DNA from: a bacterium
GTDB lineage: Bacteria > UBP7 > UBA6624 > JBBIMK01
Reading direction: 5' to 3'
DNA: 32,000 nucleotides
NCBI GenBank assembly: GCA_037444445.1
Contig: JBBIMK010000003.1
Coordinates: 60,572-92,571 of the forward strand
Shown here: in pieces, positions 1-8,020 of the stretch
Layout: each line of letters opens with the position of its first letter
Position numbering within the stretch: position 1 is the stretch's first letter
Notes under the pieces: generated by a model
The model's input: only the letters and a program-made list of their open reading frames with translations
Database searches by the model: none
Told to the model about the DNA's origin: nothing
Position numbers and translations under genes: made by a program

Positions 1-66
1 CTGCACTCTTTTTAGGAAATCCGTAAAGTGGGTGAAAAATCTATCGGAGGGGGATTTCGTAGGGCA

Positions 67-867
67 TCAGCCTGCGCGGCAGACCCGGTTTTTCCCCAGG
101 CGCTTCGCTTCATACATACGGCGGTCAGCGGTTTCCAGCATCGCCGCAGGCTCGTACTTTTCAGCCATGGCTGAAGCCATACCGATAGAAACTGTCACCG
201 GGCGATGAAGTCCCTCCGTGGAGAAACCAGCCTTACAATTTTCTTCCACTCTCTTCCGGATGCGTTCTGCAACCTTCACGGCGTTGAAGGGGTCCGTGTC
301 TAAAAGGATGGCAAACTCTTCTCCTCCATAACGACTCACGACGTCGGGACCCCGGACCTCTTCCATAATGGATTCCGCCACCTTCTTCAGCACCACATTC
401 CCTGCTTCATGCCCGTAGGTATCATTGTAGTTTTTGAAATCGTCAATATCCAGAAAGAGAAGGCAACGGTCCGAATGAGAACTTTTCGCAACCTGGAGTT
501 CATAATTCAGAATTTTCTTGAATTGAAGTTGATTGTAGAAGCCAGTAAGACCATCTGAAATGGCTTCCCTTTTCACCTTCGCCAGCTCATATCTTTCAGA
601 CTGATAAAGATAGTAGAACCCCAGGGCTAAAGAGATGACGAAAATCAATTCAATGCCGGCATAAAGTGGTAAAATTTTCAACTTCAGGATACCCTCTATG
701 ACTTTTGACAGCTCCGCTAACGCAAAACTGATGACCGCAATGCTCAGGAAGAGCCAGGAGCGTTTCTGTATCCGAAAACCGATGCCAGGAATAATTTTCG
801 CCGCAAAGTAGAGAGCTACCAGGGCTACCAGTAGATTCAAAGTTTCAAACAGGAGTTCGCCGTTCAC
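67..867 (-). CDS. membrane-anchored diguanylate cyclase (GGDEF domain)
   Basis: 266-aa ORF. Three hydrophobic N-terminal segments, then a GGDEF domain with an intact GGEEF site (RYGGEEFAILL). An RxxD I-site (RGPD) lies five residues upstream. Confidence 0.85.
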   Translation of the reverse strand: MNGELLFETLNLLVALVALYFAAKIIPGIGFRIQKRSWLFLSIAVISFALAELSKVIEGILKLKILPLYAGIELIFVISLALGFYYLYQSERYELAKVKREAISDGLTGFYNQLQFKKILNYELQVAKSSHSDRCLLFLDIDDFKNYNDTYGHEAGNVVLKKVAESIMEEVRGPDVVSRYGGEEFAILLDTDPFNAVKVAERIRKRVEENCKAGFSTEGLHRPVTVSIGMASAMAEKYEPAAMLETADRRMYEAKRLGKNRVCRAG

Positions 868-915
868 ATTTTTACCGTTTTTGAATTATATCACACGGTG
901 GTCAGAAGTCAGGAA

Positions 916-1278
916 TTATTTCCGGGAGCGGTGAAGGTGGACGGCGACGAAATCCAGAAAACCCGGAACCCAGGGGGAAAGTTTCCGAACCTGCACATCC
1001 ACCTCTTGAACCGAGGGAAAGATTTTTAGAAGGGAAGAGGCAATCTGCTCTGCCAGGGTTTCAATCAGGTGGTAGCGGTTCTGAACGCCGATGTCCAGAA
1101 CCACTTGATTCACCTCGGAATAAGAGACGGTATCTTTCAGGCTATCGGAATGTCCAGCGGTGGAGAGGTTCAGGGAAAGGGTTACATCCACCGAGAAGCG
1201 GCCGCCCGCTTCTCGTTCTTCCTTACTCACCCCGTGATGCCCCACAAATTGAATTCCTTTCAGGATTAAAGAATCCAT
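916..1278 (-). CDS. folB: dihydroneopterin aldolase
   Basis: 120-aa ORF. The pattern LKGIQFVGHHGVSKEEREAGGRFSVDV...SDSLKDTVSYSEV...LIETLAEQIA matches the FolB/tunnelling-fold family in sequence and size. Confidence 0.8.
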   Translation of the reverse strand: MDSLILKGIQFVGHHGVSKEEREAGGRFSVDVTLSLNLSTAGHSDSLKDTVSYSEVNQVVLDIGVQNRYHLIETLAEQIASSLLKIFPSVQEVDVQVRKLSPWVPGFLDFVAVHLHRSRK

Positions 1279-1293
1279 CCCGATAACCTCCCA

Positions 1294-3252
1294 TCAATGG
1301 ATTTGGTAAATCTGCACGCGTCCATTATTTTTATCGGCGATATACAGCAGGCCGGAGGATTTAAGGAGCAGGTCGTTCGGGTCTGCAAACTGACCATAAC
1401 TTCCACCGAACACGCCAAAGAGGGCAAGAGGGGTGCCATCGGGGTTCAGCACCTGGATGCGATTGAGATAGGAGTCGGCTACAGCAATGCGGCCTTGCTG
1501 GTCCACGCTGAGTCCTTTTGGGTAGGTGAATTCGCCGGGTCCAAATCCCGCCCCACCAATCCTCCGGACCAGTTCGCCCTGGAGATTCATCACGGCAATC
1601 TGATTGGTGAGAGAATCCAGAATGTAGAGATTTCCATCAGGCCCTACATCCAGGTCCATGGGCTCCATCGTTTCCGTCCACAGTCGACGGGGAGGATGAA
1701 GACTTTTCAGAAATTTCCCCTGAAGGTCAAAGGTGCGAACCTCGTATCGGCGCCCATCCAGAACGCAGACCTTTCCCCGGGTATACACGATACCAGTGGG
1801 CTTTAATACATCATCCGTAAATTTTTCCAGCACTCCAGTTTTCAGGGAGAGGCGAAAAACCCGATTATACAGTGTGTCTGTTATATACAGGAAGGCGGGA
1901 GGTCCGAAAGCGATAGAATGGGGTTGTAGAAGAACCCCGATGTCATAAGTGCGGTTAATCTTCCCGTCAGGCTCGTAGGCAAGGATGCTTTTTATCGTGG
2001 AATCCACCACATACACAATGCCATTCGGGGAGGCTGTAATAGCCACGGGTTTGCGGAACCCCGATTCAGTTTTTCCCAGGAACCACTCGGTGTGATAGGA
2101 AGCCCGAGCGGAGAGTTGATTCAAACGACTTTGATGGATGAAGGTTCGGCCAACATAAGGGCGGAGTTCTTCCTCCAGCATCTTCGTTTCCGGCAGGTCA
2201 GCAAACTGATAGGCAAACCTTTCCGCTTTAAAAATTTCCGCACCGGTGGCAGGATTAGACTTCAGAAAATAACGCACAGATGACTCCCTGGCTTCCTCTT
2301 TGCCTGTTTTACCGTATAAACCTGCTAACAAGGCATAGACATCCTGGAAATCCGGGTTCAGGGAACGAGATTTTTCCAGAGCCTTCTCTGCTTCATTGAC
2401 TCTTCCAATCAGATAGTAGGCTTTACCGAGGAGGAACCACAAATAATAATCCTCCGGTTTTTTTTCTACCACATCCTCCAGGATTTGAATGGCTGGCTCC
2501 GGCATTTCTCGGAGAAGGTAAATTTCGCCAAGGAAAGTTGAGGCATCCGTAAAAAGGGGATCCAGGGTTATGACCTTGCGTAAGTGGAGCACCGCTTCAC
2601 TATACCAGGCGAGGCTGGCGTAGTAGAGGCCATAAGTAGCCTCTTTATATGCCTCGGAGGTGGCGGGTGATGTGTGAAGATACCGGGTTGTGAGTGGAGA
2701 AGGGTCCATCTTTAGTGCCTTCGCCACCGCCACCGAGGCTTCCTGTTCCAGAGCGGGTAAATTGGATAATTCTCTTTGAAAGGATTGCACAGAACCGCCC
2801 TGCTGAGACAGATGACGCATAAGTAACTTCACTTGAGAATTCTGGATGGAGTATGAGAAATAAAAAAGTTCATCCACTCTTAACAGTTTTTTCAATTGTT
2901 TCAAGGTATCTTCCGAGGGTTCACGAAGGAAAAGCCTGGGCTCTACGGCTGGCATCAACTTGACCCATTGATTGTCATCTAAAATGAGCATATTGGTGCT
3001 GATGAGGCGAATTTTTTGGGGGATAAAATAAGCCATCCCGTAGCCTACCCACCAGAATTCTTCAGGTATGTTCTCACCATGAAACCCGAGGATGGCGTAT
3101 ACAGGGACTTTTTCTTTCTCAATGAAGGGAGAAGGTTTCCCGGAAGTTCTTTTACCGGATTTCTCTAAGGCTCTGGAAGGTGAGGAAGTGCAGGAAAACA
3201 TCCATACCCCTGCCGCTAACCACAACATAAGAAGTAGCATTTTTCCCCTCAT
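1294..3252 (-). CDS. secreted/lipoprotein-like TPR plus NHL-repeat beta-propeller protein
   Basis: 652-aa ORF. N-terminal signal (LLLMLWLAAGVWMFSC). The central part has TPR-like helices (AWYSEAVLHLRKVITLDP, GRVNEAEKALEKSRSLNPDF). The C-terminal half has NHL repeats (GPGEFTYPKGLSVDQQGRIAVADSYLNRIQVLNPDG; YGQFADPNDLLLKSSGLLYIADKNNGRVQIY). Confidence 0.75.
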   Translation of the reverse strand: MRGKMLLLMLWLAAGVWMFSCTSSPSRALEKSGKRTSGKPSPFIEKEKVPVYAILGFHGENIPEEFWWVGYGMAYFIPQKIRLISTNMLILDDNQWVKLMPAVEPRLFLREPSEDTLKQLKKLLRVDELFYFSYSIQNSQVKLLMRHLSQQGGSVQSFQRELSNLPALEQEASVAVAKALKMDPSPLTTRYLHTSPATSEAYKEATYGLYYASLAWYSEAVLHLRKVITLDPLFTDASTFLGEIYLLREMPEPAIQILEDVVEKKPEDYYLWFLLGKAYYLIGRVNEAEKALEKSRSLNPDFQDVYALLAGLYGKTGKEEARESSVRYFLKSNPATGAEIFKAERFAYQFADLPETKMLEEELRPYVGRTFIHQSRLNQLSARASYHTEWFLGKTESGFRKPVAITASPNGIVYVVDSTIKSILAYEPDGKINRTYDIGVLLQPHSIAFGPPAFLYITDTLYNRVFRLSLKTGVLEKFTDDVLKPTGIVYTRGKVCVLDGRRYEVRTFDLQGKFLKSLHPPRRLWTETMEPMDLDVGPDGNLYILDSLTNQIAVMNLQGELVRRIGGAGFGPGEFTYPKGLSVDQQGRIAVADSYLNRIQVLNPDGTPLALFGVFGGSYGQFADPNDLLLKSSGLLYIADKNNGRVQIYQIH

Positions 3253-3329
3253 CCATGAAAATTATAGCATGGATAAAGGTAGTGAGTGGATGGAAAAATA
3301 TTCAAAACGGACTCAAAAAGTTGGGGAGT

Positions 3330-3359
3330 TTGACAAGTGGTAAAGGAATGAGTTATACT
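3330..3359 (+). promoter_or_regulatory. sigma70-like promoter candidate for the cytochrome gene
   Basis: TTGACA (3330-3335), 18-nt spacer, TATACT (3354-3359). It sits about 40 nt upstream of the TTG/ATG start and its GAGGGGG Shine-Dalgarno. Confidence 0.4.
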
Positions 3360-3397
3360 CAACTTTTGATGCACGATGACACCAGAGGGGGTGTATC

Positions 3398-4612
3398 TTG
3401 ACGATGTTCAGGGGGACGCCTAAATGGGTTGCAATCCTCGTAGTGATGGGGCTTATCTGGATACTCGGAGCGGAAGAGCAGGAGCCAGCACATGATATTC
3501 CCAAAAAGTGGAAGTATCCCCATTCTATCCGTGGGGGGTTAATGTCCCCCAGTAACTATCAGGATTCCGGGATGTGCGGGCTCTGTCACGCAGGCTTCTA
3601 TAATGACTGGTATGAATCCCGACACGGTCAATCCTGGCGAAACAACAACTTTCAGGTTTTTTATAAGTTAGACCTGGATAAAACTGGAAAGAAATGGAAT
3701 GAAGAGTGTCTGAAATGCCACGCGCCGGTGGCAGTTCTGGATAAAAGACTGGCCGTGGATGATGACCTCTATAAGCAGGGAGTGACCTGCGATTTTTGCC
3801 ATACCATCGTCCTGAGGGAGGGAAAGTATTACGAGAATCGTCCCACCCAACAAAAAAGAGGCCCCCGATTTCCTTCTTTTGAAGCCTCCCATGCCATGTA
3901 TTACGATGACGCTTACAGTAAATCCCAGATTTGCTTATCCTGCCATCAGTTGGAAGTAAATGGCATCATGGTTCTGGATGAGCATTACCAGTGGGGAGGG
4001 AGTGCACAGGCGGCGGAATTGAAGCAGTGCCAGTTCTGCCATATGCCCGATTTTAAGGGCATCACTGCTTTCTCTGCTTTCACCCGTGACGATGCCAAAT
4101 CCCACTCTTTTTTGGGCACTCAGCCCACTCGCCCAAAGGATATGGATTTCCTGAAGAATGCTCTGGAACTTTCTGTGGAGGGAAAGCGGGTTGAAGATAA
4201 TCCGAAGCAGGTGAAAGTGACGGTAAAGGTGACGAATAAGGAAGCTGCTCATGCCCTTCCCGCGGGCCTTTCCTGGCGTGAAATTGACCTCATCATCCGG
4301 ATTCCTAACCTGCAGAAGAAAATTTACTGGGAACAGCAGGAAATCTTTAAGCGAACCCTCGGCGATGGCACCGGAAAACCCATCCTGGAAGACTGGTATG
4401 CAAAAGAGGTGCTATCCGATACTCGCTTAAAACCCAATGAAACCAGAACCTTTGAGTACATCGCGGATGTCAGTGAAGCGCCGGAAGGGGAACGATTATT
4501 CGTGACGGCCCAGCTCTTTTTCATCCGCCAGCCAAAAGCGGTGTATGAAATTTCCAAAGAAGCCTACCGGAAGCCTGTGAAACTCATCGATGCCTTTAAA
4601 GAAATAGAGTAG
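3398..4612 (+). CDS. exported pentaheme c-type cytochrome
   Basis: 404-aa ORF with a signal/anchor (WVAILVVMGLIWILGA). Five CxxCH haem-binding motifs: CGLCH, CLKCH, CDFCH, CLSCH, CQFCH. A ~170-aa non-haem C-terminal domain follows. Start is TTG 3398 or ATG 3404. Confidence 0.8.
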   Translation: MTMFRGTPKWVAILVVMGLIWILGAEEQEPAHDIPKKWKYPHSIRGGLMSPSNYQDSGMCGLCHAGFYNDWYESRHGQSWRNNNFQVFYKLDLDKTGKKWNEECLKCHAPVAVLDKRLAVDDDLYKQGVTCDFCHTIVLREGKYYENRPTQQKRGPRFPSFEASHAMYYDDAYSKSQICLSCHQLEVNGIMVLDEHYQWGGSAQAAELKQCQFCHMPDFKGITAFSAFTRDDAKSHSFLGTQPTRPKDMDFLKNALELSVEGKRVEDNPKQVKVTVKVTNKEAAHALPAGLSWREIDLIIRIPNLQKKIYWEQQEIFKRTLGDGTGKPILEDWYAKEVLSDTRLKPNETRTFEYIADVSEAPEGERLFVTAQLFFIRQPKAVYEISKEAYRKPVKLIDAFKEIE

Positions 4613-4641
4613 ATTATTTTTTCTTCTGGTTTCCCGAGCCT

Positions 4642-5616
4642 TTACCAGTAAAAGGCATGGAATTTTTTATAAAATTCTATCGTTTTCATTAACCCCTCTT
4701 CCAGGGAAATCTGAGGGCTCCAGCCCAGGATGGAAGTAATTCTTGAAGTATCCGCCACGAAGTCTCCCGTTTCTATTCGTTTCCTCTCCTCCGGGAAAGG
4801 GACAAATTCATAACGCCCTGAGCCGCAAATTTTCACAATTTTTTCTACCATTTCACGAAAAGGCATCGGATGTCCAGACCCGAGATTCAATACTTCTCCC
4901 GTTGCTTCCGAAGAGCGGGCGGCCAAAACAAGAGCCTTCACCACATCCTCCACATAAATGTAGTCCCGCAACTGACTCCCATCGCCATAGATGGGGATAG
5001 TTTGATTATCCAGCGCCAGACGGATAAAATAATTTAAAACTCCATATTTCGGGTGCTTCATCTGATGCCGGGGACCATAGGTGTTGCTGATTCTCAAGGA
5101 GACGCCTTGCAGCCCAAAAGCACTGGTATAAACCAGGGTATAAAGTTCACCCGCCGTTTTATGAACACCGTAGATATCCCGGGGAAAGAGGGGGTGAGTT
5201 TCATCCACGGGTGTTCGAGTTAAACGACCGTATTGCCCCCGTGTGCCACCATAAATGAAATGAATAGAACCACCTCTTTTCCGACAGGCTTCCAGCAGAA
5301 TGAGGGTGCCTCTTGCATTCACATCCAGGTCATAAAAGGGTTGGCTCATGCTGTCCACATGGCTCACCTGTGCTGCGAGATGAAAGATTATCTCCACATC
5401 GCGCACGGCTTTCTCTACATCGGCTTCTTCCCGAACATCTCCCTGAATAATCTCTACCTCTTTTTCAATACCATGAAGGTTAAATGGGTTGGCGCCATAA
5501 TCCGGATGAAAATTATCTAAAACTCTTACTCGTGCACCTTCTTCCACCAACCGGTGAGCCAGATTGCTCCCGATAAATCCCATCCCTCCCGTAATCAAGA
5601 TTTTTTTGCCCTTCAT
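4642..5616 (-). CDS. NAD-dependent NDP-sugar epimerase/dehydratase (extended SDR)
   Basis: 324-aa ORF. Rossmann motif ILITGGMGFIGSNL, catalytic YxxxK (YGVHKTAGE), and typical family length. Confidence 0.85.
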   Translation of the reverse strand: MKGKKILITGGMGFIGSNLAHRLVEEGARVRVLDNFHPDYGANPFNLHGIEKEVEIIQGDVREEADVEKAVRDVEIIFHLAAQVSHVDSMSQPFYDLDVNARGTLILLEACRKRGGSIHFIYGGTRGQYGRLTRTPVDETHPLFPRDIYGVHKTAGELYTLVYTSAFGLQGVSLRISNTYGPRHQMKHPKYGVLNYFIRLALDNQTIPIYGDGSQLRDYIYVEDVVKALVLAARSSEATGEVLNLGSGHPMPFREMVEKIVKICGSGRYEFVPFPEERKRIETGDFVADTSRITSILGWSPQISLEEGLMKTIEFYKKFHAFYW

Positions 5617-5629
5617 TTTTGAACCTGCA

Positions 5630-6733
5630 TCAGGTCAGAGAAACCTGGCTCTTTTCGCCGAGGACGAACTGATGTCGAAGAGGCTTGGCGGTGTTTCGGG
5701 TCAGGATGCAATCTTTTCCAATCAGGCTATCGGAAATTCTCCCCGGTATGCCTTGAATTTGACTTCCTTCCAGCACGATACTGTGTTCAATCTCGCTATC
5801 CTGGATAGTGACCCGGTGATGGACAGAGGTAAAGGGTCCGATGTAAGTATGGTGAATGGTGACCCCCTCGCCGATAATGGCCGGTCCCCGAATCAAAGAG
5901 GATGAAATGTGACTCCCCTTCTCAATCACGACTCTCCCCTCTATGGTGCTGTCTGAATCCACTTCCCCCAGGCATTTGGGCTGGATGTCCTCCAGCATGA
6001 TGCGATTGGCTTCCAGTAAATCTTCCAGTTTTCCGGTATCTTTCCACCACCCCTGAATGATGTAAGAGGAAACCTTTCGGCGATGGTCAATCAGAAACTG
6101 GATAGCATCCGTGATTTCCAACTCATCTCGCCAGGAAGGTTTTATGGCATTCACCGCCTCAAAAATAGAGGAATTAAAGATGTAAGCCCCCACCAGCGCA
6201 AGATTAGAAGGGGGCTTCTTTGGTTTTTCAATCAGGCGGATGACTCTTCCCCCTTTGAGTTCCGCTACACCAAATCGTTGAGGGTCTTTGACGGGGCTCA
6301 ACAGAATGAGGGCATCTGGCTTCTCCTCCTGAAACCGCTCCGTAAAAGCCCGGATCCCTTCCTTAATGATGTTATCCCCCAGATACATAATAAAACTGGA
6401 ATCCCCGAGAAAATCCCGGGCAATTTTCACGGCGTGAGCCAGGCCGAGGGGTTCCGGTTGGTGAATGTAACTTACCCGTAGATTCCAGCGCCTTCCATCT
6501 CCCACTTCTGTTTGAATTTCATCGCCATTTTCACCGATAATGATGCCTACATCTTGAATGCCTGCCTGCTGGAGACTCTCCAGTCCATAAAAAAGGATAG
6601 GTTTATTCGCAACGGGAATCAGTTGTTTCGCCCGTGTAAATGTGATAGGACGGAGGCGAGTCCCTTTCCCTCCCGCCAGAATCAACCCTTTTAACTCGTC
6701 CTTCCTCGTCGTTTTCCTCTTGCTGATTTTCAT
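5630..6733 (-). CDS. sugar-1-phosphate nucleotidyltransferase, long form (glucose-1-phosphate thymidylyltransferase-like)
   Basis: Signature LILAGGKGTRLRPITFTRAKQLIPVANKPIL, plus a C-terminal left-handed beta-helix region. The ORF is open to ATG 6766. ATG 6733 (MKISKRK) has GGAGG 9 nt upstream, and a TATAAT on the minus strand overlaps 6765-6770, so 6733 is preferred. Confidence 0.8.
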   Translation of the reverse strand: MKISKRKTTRKDELKGLILAGGKGTRLRPITFTRAKQLIPVANKPILFYGLESLQQAGIQDVGIIIGENGDEIQTEVGDGRRWNLRVSYIHQPEPLGLAHAVKIARDFLGDSSFIMYLGDNIIKEGIRAFTERFQEEKPDALILLSPVKDPQRFGVAELKGGRVIRLIEKPKKPPSNLALVGAYIFNSSIFEAVNAIKPSWRDELEITDAIQFLIDHRRKVSSYIIQGWWKDTGKLEDLLEANRIMLEDIQPKCLGEVDSDSTIEGRVVIEKGSHISSSLIRGPAIIGEGVTIHHTYIGPFTSVHHRVTIQDSEIEHSIVLEGSQIQGIPGRISDSLIGKDCILTRNTAKPLRHQFVLGEKSQVSLT

Positions 6734-6895
6734 CCTCGCTATCCTCCGGGCTACCACCCTAATCATTATATCAATAGAAAGTATTCTGAAAGCAGGATGA
6801 AACCACCTCTCTGATTGACTCGGTTTTTTTCACATCTGCTCTCTTCTCCACACGGTTAGAAGAGGAGCAGGCTCAGGTTGCGGAGAGTCGTAGGC

Positions 6896-6924
6896 TTGAC
6901 GGGATGACAGAGGTGTAATACAAT
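6896..6924 (+). promoter_or_regulatory. sigma70-like promoter candidate upstream of the J-like gene
   Basis: TTGACG (6896-6901), 17-nt spacer, TACAAT (6919-6924). This would give a ~150-nt leader. A second -10-like TATAAT at 7063-7068 has no good -35. Confidence 0.35.
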
Positions 6925-7080
6925 ACATAGGGTTTCAGTATGGAAGGAAACGGAAGAGAGAGTTTTGGCAAAGAAGTGTGAGTTGAGAAAGAGAAAAGGG
7001 AAGGAGGTTATTTTTTATTATTTCTTCACTCATTTTTCATCGTTTTTTCACAATTTTCTGAGTATAATTAAAACTGGAGA

Positions 7081-8019
7081 GTGATTCGGTCAGTGAAAGA
7101 TTATTACAAGATATTGAGAATACTGCCTACCGCCAGCCAGGATTTAATCCGTGAAGCCTATAAGGTGCTGATGAGGGAACTGGCCAACGGGAGGAGCGGA
7201 CTTAGCGAGGAGGAAGTGAAACAGTTAACCGGGGATGTGAAGGAAGCCTTTGAAATCCTCGGAGATTCGGTAAAGCGGGCTACCTATGACCGCCGGTATC
7301 TGGAATCCCTTTTGTTCGGGAAGGACCAGGAATCTCCGGGTTCATCCGCTGGTCCATCTTCTTCCACGGCAGAAGCAGTGGCTCCTTCTCCTCAAAAAGT
7401 CTACGAAGAGTTGAAACGAGAAACGGAAGCGAAAGGGAGAACCTGGGAAGATTTTATGAAACTGCAGTCGTCTGCAGCGCCTACACGCACTCACTTAAAA
7501 AGGGGGGCTGAACTTGCCAACGGATGCTCCTCTCCTATGCCGGTTTCCCCGGAAGAGACTCCAGTCCGTTACGAATTTGCGACCCTTGAAGAAGGGCTGG
7601 CGGTTGCGGCTTCCCTGGCTATTGATGGGAAAGTCGGCGAGGCTCTCCAGGTTTTGCAGAAACTGGAAGGAAGTTTTCTGGGTGACCCGGAATACGCCAA
7701 AGTTCTTTATCGGTCGGCGGAACTTTACTTTAAAACCCTGGGAGCACCGGAGAAAGCGCTGGAATACTATCGCCGTATTCTTTCCGAATATCCCGCAACT
7801 GTGGAGGCTTTGATGGCGGAGCGAAGGGTGGATGCTCTGGAGCGTCTCACCCCGCGTCCTCCGGTTCAGCTCCCCACAGGGAAAATTCTTCAGGACCTGG
7901 GTGAGGTGTGGATGGTAGAATGCCCCCGTTGCAGCGCTCGCGTGCGCACTCCCGCCCGAACAGGCTCCTGGTTCCTATGCCCTAACTGTGGAGAAAAATT
8001 TTTACCGGAGGTGAACTGA
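7081..8019 (+). CDS. J-like domain protein lacking the HPD motif, with TPR-like region and C-terminal zinc ribbon
   Basis: 312-aa ORF. The N-terminus (DYYKILRILPTASQDLIREAYKVLMREL...VKEAFEILGDSVKRATYDRRY) follows the DnaJ J-domain pattern, but ANGRSG replaces HPD. C-terminal CPRC...CPNC. Start is GTG 7081, with GTG 7093 as an alternative. Confidence 0.65.
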   Translation: MIRSVKDYYKILRILPTASQDLIREAYKVLMRELANGRSGLSEEEVKQLTGDVKEAFEILGDSVKRATYDRRYLESLLFGKDQESPGSSAGPSSSTAEAVAPSPQKVYEELKRETEAKGRTWEDFMKLQSSAAPTRTHLKRGAELANGCSSPMPVSPEETPVRYEFATLEEGLAVAASLAIDGKVGEALQVLQKLEGSFLGDPEYAKVLYRSAELYFKTLGAPEKALEYYRRILSEYPATVEALMAERRVDALERLTPRPPVQLPTGKILQDLGEVWMVECPRCSARVRTPARTGSWFLCPNCGEKFLPEVN

Positions 8020-8020
8020 A

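Noticed and set aside
3398-4612. Calling the pentaheme protein NrfA (cytochrome c nitrite reductase).
   Set aside because: It has no CxxCK active-site haem motif and is shorter than NrfA. Its C-terminal half is a non-haem domain. Only the generic multihaem call is supportable.
6838-6870. Stem-loop GCTCTCTTCT...AGAAGAGGAGC in the 6767-7080 divergent region, considered as a terminator or riboswitch element.
   Set aside because: There is no U-tract on either strand. It lies between two divergent gene starts, where a terminator makes no sense, and I recognise no riboswitch consensus.
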